A stretch of DNA of 64,000 nucleotides from NCBI RefSeq assembly GCF_000150275.1, contig NW_002060946.1, forward strand, positions 4,111,454-4,175,453, given 5' to 3'. This DNA comes from Trichoplax adhaerens (Eukaryota > Animalia > Placozoa). The notes under the pieces are model-generated. The model was not told the DNA's origin. It ran no database searches and saw only the letters and a list, made by a program, of their open reading frames with translations. Below, piece after piece: positions 1-12,237 of this stretch. How positions within the stretch are numbered: the first letter of the stretch is position 1; the number at the start of each line of letters is the position of its first letter. Made by a program: the position numbers and the translations under genes.

Positions 1-1443
1 CTTACCTCCATACTGGCCTAAATGGTAGATGTAGTGATAGCCAGCAAATTTCTTCTTGGCTTTTAACCTTAGATCGTCAAGCGTTGCATCAATTTGCTCG
101 CTTCTTATTAACCGATTTGCTCATTAGCTCCCCAAAACAAGAGAAGTCTTTACTCTCCGCTTTCAACAGTAGCACCACAATTGAAAGCGATAGCTCACAA
201 TTTTCCATCGATGAGATAGAACAGTGGTTAGTTAAAACACCCTTGATAACACGTATTGCCGATGAATTATTTATGGCATGTTTTATGGATCAAACTTCTG
301 TCCATCAAGAAGAAAAATCCCACATAGTTCAAGCGGATAAAACTGATTTGGATGATGATGATGATGATGAAAATGATGAGACTACTACAGATATACTTAT
401 ACCTCTATGCATATTAGAAGATAATAAACCATCGCAGTTACTGACCTATTCCACAATTTTAATGTTAAATAATCACTTGGAACATCAACTACGACATGAA
501 TGGAAATTACTCTTTTCCAGTTTACAACATGGTGAAAGTTTTACTACATTGTGCAGCAGAATTATTAACAAAGGTCCGACTTTGCTAATCATTCGTGATA
601 TAAAGGGTCATATATTTGGAGGATTCGCTTCACAAAATTGGAATTATAAATCTCAATTCTTTGGTAAACTATTTTATCCATTTTGATAGATTGAACGGAA
701 TGATACATTGTGGCAATTTTAAAATAATTATTAAATGAATAATATTAAATGAATAATTTCAGTTCTATCTAGCAAAGTAGTAGTATTACGCATGATAAGT
801 TTCATTTTACCTTTGCTAATTACTTTATCGATCAATTTTTCACTTTTAGGCGATTCGAAATGTTTTTTGTTTACCGCAAATCCTAAAATGAGTGTATATA
901 CAACTACTAGATACAATAAGAATTATCAGTATCTAAACTGTAACATGCAGACGTTACCTAATGGCCTAGTAAGTGGAACACATGATCCATAATTCGCCAA
1001 TATGTTTAAAATACCGACAATAAAATAATATCTTGTTTGCTTAATCTATTGCCTAAAGGGTATGGGCGGTCAATTTGATTATTTTGGATTATGGATTGAT
1101 GCGGAATACGGTAAAGGCCATAGTATGGCTGGACCAAAGTGTACAACCTACGGAAGTCCACAATTGTCCGGGAATAAAACTTTTGAGATTGATTGTCTGG
1201 AAGTATGGAGTATCGGAAAAAAGAAGAAGGACGATGATAATGATGTATATTGTTATAAAATAGTTGTAACCAGAATAGTGATGTAATAGTAGTATATTTA
1301 TCCATTAATCCTCCTATTGCTTATAATTATTGTAGGAGAATAAAAGAAGTATACTCGATCAAGATCCTAGTGCTAAAGCCCTACTGGAGTTGATGGGTAA
1401 GAAGCAACATAGTGAAGGGCTTAGGGAACCTGAAAATAACTAA
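1..1443 (+). CDS. MEAK7: TLDc-domain protein MEAK7/TLDC1, 3' portion. Exons <1-663, 850-968, 1059-1244, 1336-1443.
   Basis: TLDc motifs WKLLFSSLQHGESF, GPTLLIIRD..GHIFGGFAS, GDSKCFLF, GMGGQFDYFGLWID and CTTYGSPQLS. The last exon KRSILDQDPSAKALLELMGKKQHSEGLRE matches the MEAK7-type C-terminus. All GT-AG joins keep frame; stop TAA at 1441-1443. Confidence 0.9.
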
Positions 1444-2536
1444 ATTTTCATTGAAGATCCCTAACGGAGATAGTTTCAATAACAAAATAATTAGAATATT
1501 ATTAAATAATGGTGATAGTCTTACAATATACGCGTAAAATTGTGCAATTTTAGAAGTAGAACGTCATTTTACTGCTAATAGTAATTGGGCTGTTATCTGA
1601 TGCATTGCTCTGTATGATTAGCCATCACAAATAAGTTCTGCTTTGGCTGTTACAATATTATTGCCCATAGTCACCGATATAGGGGTATAATGAGGCTATC
1701 CTAAAAGTTGATAACGAATCAATATTAATGTATATAAAATTCATATTGTTACAATAATAATATTAACAACATGAAAGCTAAGCCAGTAAAGGAGATATTA
1801 CCTGTTGCACAATATCATAATTTAAGAATCTGATATACAAAGATTGACGTTAAAAAATGAACGTATTTGTATTTTTTATTTATTGCTGATAAATTGAGCT
1901 TTTCAGTGATATTCCTAAACTTCACTTTGTAACATACCAAGAAGTTTTCAATGCATTTCTATCCTGAACTCACTTGATTTGGATATAATCGTAACACTTA
2001 TATACTGCTAATACATATTTTATACAGGAATAAAGAATTTGTCTTCTTTCATTTAAAATTACAGCGAAATTGCCTATACTAAAATAATTTGGGTTAGATG
2101 AAATGTTAGTTATACAGGTAGAACCATGAAGGGATTTTTTAAAATTTTTTTCTTGTAAACCATACACTACTACAAAGAAGTGACTACGAAATATACTATT
2201 GCGCCTGCTTACATTTAATTATCTTATGCTTATTGAGATAGCTTACATTTCAGTAAATTATAATTATTACAGTGAAAATATAATAAAGCTACTCGTAATC
2301 CTTGAAGTCGACGAGTAATATAGTCATACCAATTTCAAGAAAACGAAAACCCCAGAATGCAATGAGGTCAATAATGTCGCATGATGTTATACATTAATAA
2401 TGCGCTACAACGGCATGGATATTCTAATTCAGTGTCAGCTTGAATATATGATCTTTTTTAATTCTTTAGTTACATTAATTCGCACTGCCATATACACATT
2501 TCTTTCTACGGTGCCCTGCGTAGACGTACCGATAGC

Positions 2537-5500
2537 CTAATTCAATGCATCACCTACGTCGTCATCGTTGTTGTCATCAGGTTCTAACGCATTGCCAGTA
2601 CTTGATGCATTAGAATCTGGTAAGACTACTGTTGGAGGGCGTAAATCTCTTGCCAGTTTTGCAATCTGTTATGGTAACACAAATGCAGTTGTTACGCCAT
2701 TTATAGAACTATGCTATAGGTGCACAGGATTATTAGTTAAATTTCGTACCTCGTTGTCATTATGTAATATTATAGGATTTCGAATGCATTTCTGAAATGT
2801 TTCGCTATCTCCCTCAGTGATGGAATCCAGTAAATTTTCTATTAATGCACCTTCTTCAGAAGTATCAAATCCGGGGTACCTAATAAAATCGTTCACTACT
2901 AATAAATAGTTGCTAAATATAGCAAAATATTTGGAAGTAAGAAAACTTACTCAGTGGCACTTCTAAAACAGTTATCAGCCGCAACTTTGTCTCCAAGTTT
3001 TAAATAAACAATAACCATAGCGATAATAGCCTAAACCGATAGAAACAGTTTAACGCAAGATCTATCTGATACCTTATAATCATATCTTGAAATGTTTATA
3101 TAGCTTAGAATGCAGAAAGTTATCCATACCCTAAATACGGAGGGAAATTTTTCCATGCTTTGATATAATTCGCACTGTTGCTGCATGGTACCCAAAACGT
3201 TTGTGTACCTAAATAGTAGTGCAAATAATTTTATTATTTCATGTTAAACGAAAAGAGAACATTTCTCTCAAGATTACGAGTTGCTATGTCATAATTACTT
3301 TTTTAGTTTTAACTGTAATCTTGCAGCTTTGCCAACACATTCCACTGCCTCATTTGATTTTTCTTCAATCTAACGTAGATTTACATTTTTTAACAAATCA
3401 ACGAATTTATAAAATTCATCACGAGAGGAAATGGTAAAGTACACAGAACATTAAGATCATTATCCAAAGACATTTTCATCTTAATCGCCACAGCAATGTA
3501 CTTCGTTATCAGCATACCTTATGCAATTCACAGGCTCTTAAATATAGATCGATAGCAGTTTCTGCTTTTGTAGCCTCACAGATTCTTGAAATGAATATTT
3601 ACAACAATTCAGCGTCAAAAGTATCCATTGTGCAGCATCATTAATTTACTGGAATCATTTTCTCCTATACTTACTTTGCAGCTCTATTTAGTGCCTGAGC
3701 AGCTGAAGCTGGTGATCCGTGCTCCGATAGCATAGAACTGTATATTAATAGAATCTGTTAAGTATAAATCACGGGCAAAAGGTCTATGCTGTCTCTCCTA
3801 CAATAGCTAGATATTACAATACTATGGCATAGGTCATATAATAAGTTAGAATTTCAAAGATTTACCTGGCTTGTTTTAGAAGATCTACGGCCTCATCAAT
3901 ACAATTTAACTCCTATTGTTTTGAAAAGATTAAAATACTAAATGATAGCAAATCTAAATTTGATAAATTACTGTCCATTTCTTTAATAATGCTGTTGAAA
4001 TTCTATTGTTATGATAACCTTTAGCATGAGTGCTGCCTGTTCATATGACCTACAAATACGAATGGAACAAATAGCAGATGAGTGTAGTAGCATACAATAC
4101 GTATGGCAATTATTACGTTGATAACATATTATCTATATTACTCTTATTAGTTCATGAACTTACTTTGCTGCATGATAAAGACTGTTGTATTTATAAATTT
4201 AGGGTACACAATGCAAGTAACGGGTAAGTTAAGGAATCTATGATTAATCTTTGCTGCTTCTCGGGTGTGGGCTACTATAAAGCGTTTAGTCGTACTTATT
4301 AACATGTACAGATTAAGTGATAAGAAAGTTATGGATACGCCTGTGATTTCAACTGAGCTTCGCCGGCTTTCCTGAATGCTTCACTGGCTTTTTCATAAGA
4401 CTTGGCGTTCTTGAAACAATTCCCTATATGGCATATGATGACAAGATAGGTCAATTCTTAAGGAATTTCATTCTCTATCAATCATAATTTCGTAATGTAT
4501 TCAATTCTGATGCTCTCAACTATGTATCTATATGCAAAGTGCTTTTAGCTCTATACAATTAAGATTTCCTAAACTAGATAAAAGTTATCAATTAGGGTCA
4601 ATAGTAAATTCTATCACAACAACAATATAGTATTTATAATTACTGTCTAATAGTAATGAAGATTGATGTTCTGTGTCTTTTATAAACTGATTTATATAAG
4701 AATGTCGACAGTTGGACGAAACTAGCTTTCATATTCTTCAGTGGTGTAAGACAATAAATTGCAAACCTGCTTTTGAGTAGTCAGATGCGGCTCCTTCCCA
4801 ATCAGCACTCCATTTGAATAGAGAAGTCTTTATACTATAAAAGGATCGATAATTATGATATAACTGGTATGTTGATTGGATGATTGGAAAATAGTCTACG
4901 TACTTCTACAAGTGCTGATCATCATAGCTAGGCGTATGTCTAGTAAATGTTTTAATTTGTACATGACTATTTTCATTTTATCAGTACATTTGAGTCCTCG
5001 AGTATTGATTATTACATTGATATTAGTACTTGTTTAGTAAGACAAGTATAGTTAATCTACATCTAATCAAGACGCAAGTTAGCACAGAATTGAATTTACA
5101 GCACTGTAGTCCTTTTACATAGTGTTTATCGTCACTAATACGCTTATAGCAGGCCAAAGCTTTTCTATTTGTGAAGGCAGCACTATTTTAGAAATCAGAA
5201 CTGAAAAAACATTCTATTGAAAAATACAACGTCGACAGCTAAAGCGAATGAGACAATTTCAATCATGATCTGTACAACTACCACTGCAGTCTCGTACAGT
5301 ACTACCTTATGTATTAGATATAACTCGAGGATAGTGATTGAATTCTTGATCGCTGTGATAAATGCACAATCAAATATCATAGCCATATTTCACACATTTA
5401 ACGTCAGTTAATCATTTTAACAAGCAACTAACCCACGATCATTCATATAAAAGTAGTCGACATCGACAGCACAATCATCGATATACGTATCCAATTCATC

Positions 5501-5886
5501 AGTCGAATGGTAGTACAGTATACGCATAGAATAACATAAAAAATTGACAGCGGACAAAGTTGAATAGTGACTGTTTATTTCCGTGATGATAAACTAAACT
5601 GATGATGGTTTGTATTTTGCTAGGCTAATTATAATTATACTTAGACTTTGAGTATATGTATATTTATTATACAGTACAGTAATACATTATATGATCTGGT
5701 TCAGTTTAGGAAAGCAAACCCATGGTAAACTTGTATCATCCATCGTTTACTCTATGTCAATCAACGCCGGTAATTTTAAGTCAATTTCTACTTTGTACAA
5801 TATCCTATCATTGACACTTACCATTTCTCTGCAGCTGCTAGATATTGTAAACCTTCTCTGATCTTGCTTTCACTTCTGCTGGACAT
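2537..5886 (-). CDS. NAPG: Gamma-soluble NSF attachment protein (gamma-SNAP), 13 coding exons including an 18-nt exon at 4164-4181
   Basis: Spliced translation MSSRSESKIREGLQYLAAAEK..IKTSLFKWSADWEGAASDYSKAGNCFKNAK..ALYHAAKSYEQAALMLKE..YPGFDTSEEGALIENLL..DNEIAKLARDL..DDDVGDALN* is colinear with gamma-SNAP. ATG at 5886, TAG at 2537-2539. Confidence 0.92.
4182..4338 (-). other. Candidate U12-type (minor spliceosome) GT-AG intron in NAPG
   Basis: 5' splice site GTATCCAT, near the GTATCCTT consensus, and a TTCCTTAAC branch-site match at 4228-4236 on the minus strand. Confidence 0.55.
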
Positions 5887-6326
5887 TTTCAACTTTTTCC
5901 ACTACGAAAAGATCAACACATTTAACACTACTACTACAGCAATCGAGTTTGGCTGCAAGTCAAGAACTGCCCAGGCTTATAGTGGTCGTCGGCGGAGAAA
6001 GCGTTATAGTAGTACTGTATTAAGACCGTAAGGAATGGGTATTATACTCACTTACTCAGTAGGGTATAGCGTGTACAGTCTTGACTTGTCATCTGTAGTG
6101 GAGTGTATAGCCGTCCGCACCGTCCGTAGTACTGGAGTCTGTTGTGGTGATTCAGAATACTCTAAACGACATTAGTTTTGCTCATTGACGTGGTATGGAT
6201 TCAGTTCTGATACCCTTTCATGGGGTTCTAATGTGGGCTTCAGGTGCAAACCGCTACCAATAGCCCACTATACGCTGGTCTCCTATGCCTAATCGTCGAA
6301 TGGTATGGAATAGAATCATACAGGTC

Positions 6327-6558
6327 TTGCAAATTGCAAGCAAAAACAATATCGTCACCACTGGTTTCGACGTTTACTCATTGACTTCCATTGCAGTCTA
6401 GAAGTCCTCAACTCAAGTCCACCATACGAGTACGAAAGATACTGTACGGGTGTTGCAAATTGCAAGCAAAAGCAATGTCGTCACCACTGGTTTCGACGTT
6501 TACTCCAGTGACTTACACTGCACTAGAAGTCCACAACTCAAGTCCACCATACGAGTAC
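6327..6558. repeat. Two-copy direct repeat, ~106-bp unit with 126-bp period, upstream of NAPG
   Basis: TTGCAAATTGCAAGCAAAA..CGTCACCACTGGTTTCGACGTTTACTC..CAACTCAAGTCCACCATACGAGTAC occurs at 6327-6433 and 6453-6558. Confidence 0.9.
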
Positions 6559-8356
6559 TACAGTTCCATACGATCAGTAGTACAGTACACTGTACTGTAC
6601 TATACAGTGTACTGTACATAGTACTGTAAAGCCTACAGTATCAGGGAAGAGTCTTTCCCAGAAGTACCGTACTGTACACTCACAGTACTGTAACACGAAA
6701 TCCATTACGTCATGACTATCGACTTTTGCTGGATTAATTTGCATTTGAAAAATCTTCCTTCATCTAGGATGATCTAATGGTTATTTATACATTTTTTGAA
6801 TATTCAAATGTAGTGATGTTTCCGCTGTTATCAATGATACAGAAAGCGTTATGCAGTAACTGATCATTGTATAGGTGCATACTGTGGGTCGGAACGACTC
6901 GAAGATAAAGACCATCAGCAAGGACAGTAATTCTACAATTCTATCATTACTGGTATAGTAGAGTTCAAATGGCTGCGACGATCCATGGACAACTATTTTT
7001 TTTTAGTCGTTCCGTTCATGGTGGATCATAATAATCACTTTATCGTTATTATTATTTAAAAGTGGCGAAGCCAGGCATAAGATATTATAACCATTGTTTC
7101 GCATACAGGTAGCGGTTTTATCTTGTTTATCTTATACTGCAAGCATGCATGTAAAGATTATTGTGTACTGTAGATTGAGTTGCAATCTCGAAATAGAAAT
7201 AATCGACCACCTATTTCAACTTATCCAATGCTACTTGAACTATAGAAAGCGATAACATAAAGACTCGACTAAACTAAAATTCGGGATATAGCTTCCATTA
7301 ATAGCTTGTATTAGCTGCTTATTGGCTGCAATACTCTAGTTCAGTCAATAACATTAGGGATACGATTGGATCAAGGTGCGATACAATTTATTCTCCTATA
7401 GGATTTACTGTAATACTTACTTCAACAAACATGTCTTCTCACAATATTAACAATAAAACAGTCATAAAATTCATTTATCATATCAGATCTGGTGAAAAGT
7501 AGTTATACAATGATAGATGCTACTTGTTTACACTTCATTCTCAAATCGGGATTATACTTCATCGATCAATGATCACGGAAATAACGTTAAAAATTGGCAC
7601 ATCATAATCATATATCATATACCCGTATAAAATAGTATATAAAATACCAAGTCATCAACATATTATAGCTATTAGGCATATGTAACACAATCTATTACTA
7701 GATATTTTACTAACATCCTCATACAATCAATCCATGGAGCTGATTCGTTTATTGAATTAGCATTAAACTTTTGATAAATTTATAAATAGACAAGAATTAC
7801 CCTACTGATCACATCTGCTTCAAAGTGGATAATAAAAATCGGATGAATTAGCTGTAATAATATAATAATAGAATAGAATTCACTAATACATTTAGTTAGC
7901 AATTAGTACAATATAAATATCTTAAGCTCAGTCATACCAAATTACAAAAAGTGGTTAATAATAACAACGTTATTCCGGTATTCCACTTTACTATTTATTT
8001 ACTTTCAGTTATCGTACTCTTCTTATTTTCCAGTTTGAAGACAATGTATGAAAAGCTTTAACAGGCTTAAAAGTGAAACAAAAAATAATCAAAATGGATA
8101 AAGATAGGTTAGAATATGCCACTATATCACTCTATGTATCTAGTGTTATACACGGTATTATCCATCTTTAGTTATTTTCGCTTAGAGAAACTAAAGTGGC
8201 ACATTGCCGATAGTGCTACAATTTACTTTAACGTCATGGCGTCATTTTCATGAACGACAATGCACCCCATTATAAGTCTAGTGGATAATCTTTCCCTATC
8301 TTATTAGGTAATAGCAAAATTTTCATCATGTTTATGTTTATTCTGTTCTGCCTTTA

Positions 8357-11300
8357 TTAATTAATGTAGATTGCAGATTTCAAGTCCGTATTTGGAATTC
8401 CACGATATTTGGAGGTCTTTTTAATAAATCCGTTCTCAATAGCACTATATGCCATATCAATAATTGATACTGCAACTGGCCTAAATTTTAATCCAAGATC
8501 TTTAATAACCTACACCATGGTAGCAAAAAATTCAAATTTTAATGCATTAACATATTTGCTGTGCAACTTAACTTGACAACGATTAAAAAAATTAAGATTA
8601 TTATTTACTAATGGCTTGACTACTTATTTAAAATTATCACTAACAGTATAATATACACACTTTACTGTTTTGAAAAATGGCAGTTTTTCCGATAGCTGGT
8701 ATGACTTGCTTAAGCGATTTATTTACTAACGCAACTCCTTTTATTACAATTAATGGAGTTTCGTCTTTGGTAACTTTATAGCCTACAGTCAAAATAATAC
8801 ATGCTCAATTAAAAATTTTATAGTATTGACTATTTCCAGTATCAATCGCTGTGAATGATAATTACTATAGAATCATATAGAGTATAAAAGGAATGTATAT
8901 AACTCAGAAGTAATACAGCTTGAGAGAAAGATATTTAAAACTGAACCTTGTGGTTCAAATTCTTCTGCAAGATATCCTGCAATATCTTTAATCCAGACAT
9001 TTCCCGATATCGCAAGGTATCGATTACCTAAACCGTAGAAAAATAAATTGCTATAACATGCACAAGTGATCAAAGTAAATTAAATTAGAACTAAATTTTA
9101 TAACACGACTTACTGTAAAGTAGTGAATAACTAAGACAAAAATCAAACATACGAGTACATCCATACAGCATCACACAAGGTTCATTAATAAAGCCGATGA
9201 AATATAATTTAAGCATATCATACTGCAACAATGGATAAAAATTATCGTAAATACTAGCAATTCACAAATTTAATAATGTAACAAGAAAAAGTGTATAAAT
9301 TCTTACTAGTATGCGCTATTTAACTGCTAATCATGGATAAAAGACGTAAAACATCTTATTAAAGAACAGTAAATTTTAAAAGCAAAGCATGCGTAAGGCT
9401 TATTGAAATTTTGCAATGAAAGATTAATTTACAAGCTTAATATTTGTAGTAATGTTAACCTGGAGCTCTTGCAGATGTCATTGCTGCAATGTGAAGGGCA
9501 GCAACATCACGAACATCTACTATTCTTAGGCATATCTTTGGTACAATAGGAATCTTCTTTTCCAACAGGTTTTTAACGATCTGTTCCACATTGTGATGTT
9601 CCCGGTAAATTTAAAAAAAGTAACTTATATTAATGAATATGCTAGCGCATTAAATTTTCTCTGTAGGTACATACATTAAGTATATTTTTAAATGATATGT
9701 TCCTGTTATTATGTTAAATTATTATTAACTGCAATACTTATTTGGTAATAGTCGAGAGTTAGTAATTATTTTTAAGAAGTCCTAGAATAAAACTAGAATA
9801 TTAAATACTTGAAATTATCTGATTTGTTATAGTAAAGTTCAGGATGGATCAGAATGTATCTATGATACATATGGAGAAAAAACAATTGCCAGGTAGTACT
9901 CGTATGTTATTCATGCTTGAAAGTAATCGATATGAAATATAATTATCATAGTAATAGGATGAAGTGCAGTATTAAATCTGTATTAGTCATGGTAGGAGTG
10001 AGAATAATTTGATTTTTAAAAGTACTTACTAAACGCTAGAATAAATATGGCCTTATCATTATATTATGCTTGTTATAAGTATTGCAAGTATTAAATTTGT
10101 TACTAATTACGCTTACTGTATCATATATCTGTTATAAATTAAAAGTATAAAACATAAAGTGTATATTCGCATTGTTTAAATAAAATCATAAACCTACGCT
10201 AGTATTGCAATCATAAGTATATTAAACTCTCATGAAACCTATAAATATATATCTACATATATCAAACAAATATATAACCAAATTACTAAATTCTCATTGC
10301 TGAGTTATAAAGATACTATCAGACAGAAATGATTAATTTACGACGAAATTTATTTACATTAAATGTGAAAACAAATTCGTAGTAGTTAATATGGCAGCTA
10401 AGATCAAATACCCGGTACAGAATTTTGCGTAGATTAATTATACATTTATAGAAATCTATTACGTTCATAATTGATACATAAAGGTAATATTGTTTTGCAA
10501 ATACTGTAGCATCAGTAAAGTATCAGCAACATATTAACCTAGTAGAAAAATTAGAGGACAGCTATAAAAGAGTACAAAAGACACTACTCGATTCTGTACC
10601 TCCAAATTACTGCATGTTGTTCCGGTTATAATAGGACCATACATATCACCAGGATTTATTACTACAATTTTCATTTTATTCTTGCCTATATGATATAATA
10701 CAAGACAATATATTGTTATTTTTAGATTTAAATTTTACTTTAAAGTCTATCCTGTACGCAAATTCTGATGGTGTCAAGTTGTACCTTTTAACGTTTTAGC
10801 AAATTCCCAAACCGTTCTTTCAGTTAAAATTTTAAATTTTAAACAAGGCTGAATATTAGGATCGGTCTCGTCCGACCAGTCCTCTTCCGAGTATATTTTA
10901 CCATCAACAATTGAACTTCCTATAAAGTATTGGTATTCAATATATTTTTGTTTCTGATTAGATGAATATAGATAATTAATCTAACATCTAACTAATACTT
11001 AAATACAATTATTATATTGAAGGTGACCAAGTAAAATTGTTATAAGTTTATGATGCAATTATTATGGTATCCAAAATGTAGAAAGGTTATAAGGTAATGA
11101 TATATTTATGTTTCATTTCTGATTAAAATGATATGATATTCTATTATCTAATACTTAAAATTCAATTAGAACTGAAAATTCTCTCGTAGAAATTTTACAA
11201 GTTCACAATATAATTATTATGTACATAGAAAATAGACATATTTTAAGCAAGAGCATAAATATAGTAGAAGGAAGTCCCTTAGGGACCAATATAAGCTAAT

Positions 11301-12237
11301 GTAATAGTATAAATTATCGCTATATCATCTAAGAGAGAATATAAATTTTAAATTAATATGTTTTTCCTAATTGTACAGTATTAAAATGAAAATTTACCAA
11401 TTATAGCTTGATCTGAGCTAGTTATCACAACTCGTTGGACTGTCTTCGATCTACTACATGCTTGTAATAACAATTCAGCATTTTCTATCAGTTTGGCTTC
11501 GTCTTTAGGTGAGACACCGATACTGTCCATCGGAATGTGGCAAACATAAATACAATCTTGAATTGCTCTAAATTAAATGTAAGTAATATTTCAATATAAA
11601 TTGCCTATAAATTTCATAACAAGAAAGTAAAAAATAAGACTAAAAGTAATCTTAGTAATATGAACATATTAATAGTGAAGTGAAGAATATTCTTAAAATA
11701 TCAAATATCAAATAATCATAATTCTCTAATTTCTATAACTGCCATTATATCAAATTTTCTACGTATACGATACGACAAAAACATAAAATCTATCGTAGAG
11801 CTTTTCAGGTAGTAACTCTAACACGGGTGTTAATCAATCGTTAATAAAAATGATCTTGATTAGGTATTGTAGTAAAGTAATGCCTAATGAATCATTGTAT
11901 TTGATATTTTTCTAATTTTACACATTGTGCTTATGGTATTCTTCTAATGTGAATAGGCTTAAAGAATTGTAAATCAAATCATTACTTGGAATAATACAAT
12001 TTGTTTATAAACTTACTCTAACCAACTAGCCTCGTTTATAGGGTCAATCTGAATTAATTCCAAGTCTTCAAATGCATTTGCTGTCAGCTTTTTCAAACCT
12101 TTACTATTTTTGTCATTCGAATCGCGAACAGCTCCGCGAACCTGATACCCCTTCTGCAACAGCTGTAAGATAATATGACTACCTAGATGGCTCAGTCCAT
12201 TAGTAACCAAGACTTTAGGAAGATTATTCTGACTCAT
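8357..12237 (-). CDS. Extended SDR / NAD-dependent epimerase-dehydratase (dihydroflavonol/aldehyde-reductase-like) protein with degenerate motifs, 8 exons
   Basis: KVLVTNGLSHLGSHIILQLLQKGYQVRGAVRD; RVVITSS; IYSEEDWSD; VVINPGDMYGP; IVDVRDVAALHIAAM; GNRY; LGLKFRPVAVSIIDMAYSAIENGFI. Exons at about 12237-12017, 11567-11398, 10919-10785, 10685-10600, 9580-9460, 9028-8948, 8783-8662 and 8509-8357 keep frame. Confidence 0.85.

Noticed and set aside
6233-6268. GTGGGCT/AGCCCAC hairpin upstream of NAPG
   Set aside because: It is only a 7-bp stem, with no tRNA, snRNA or H/ACA features.
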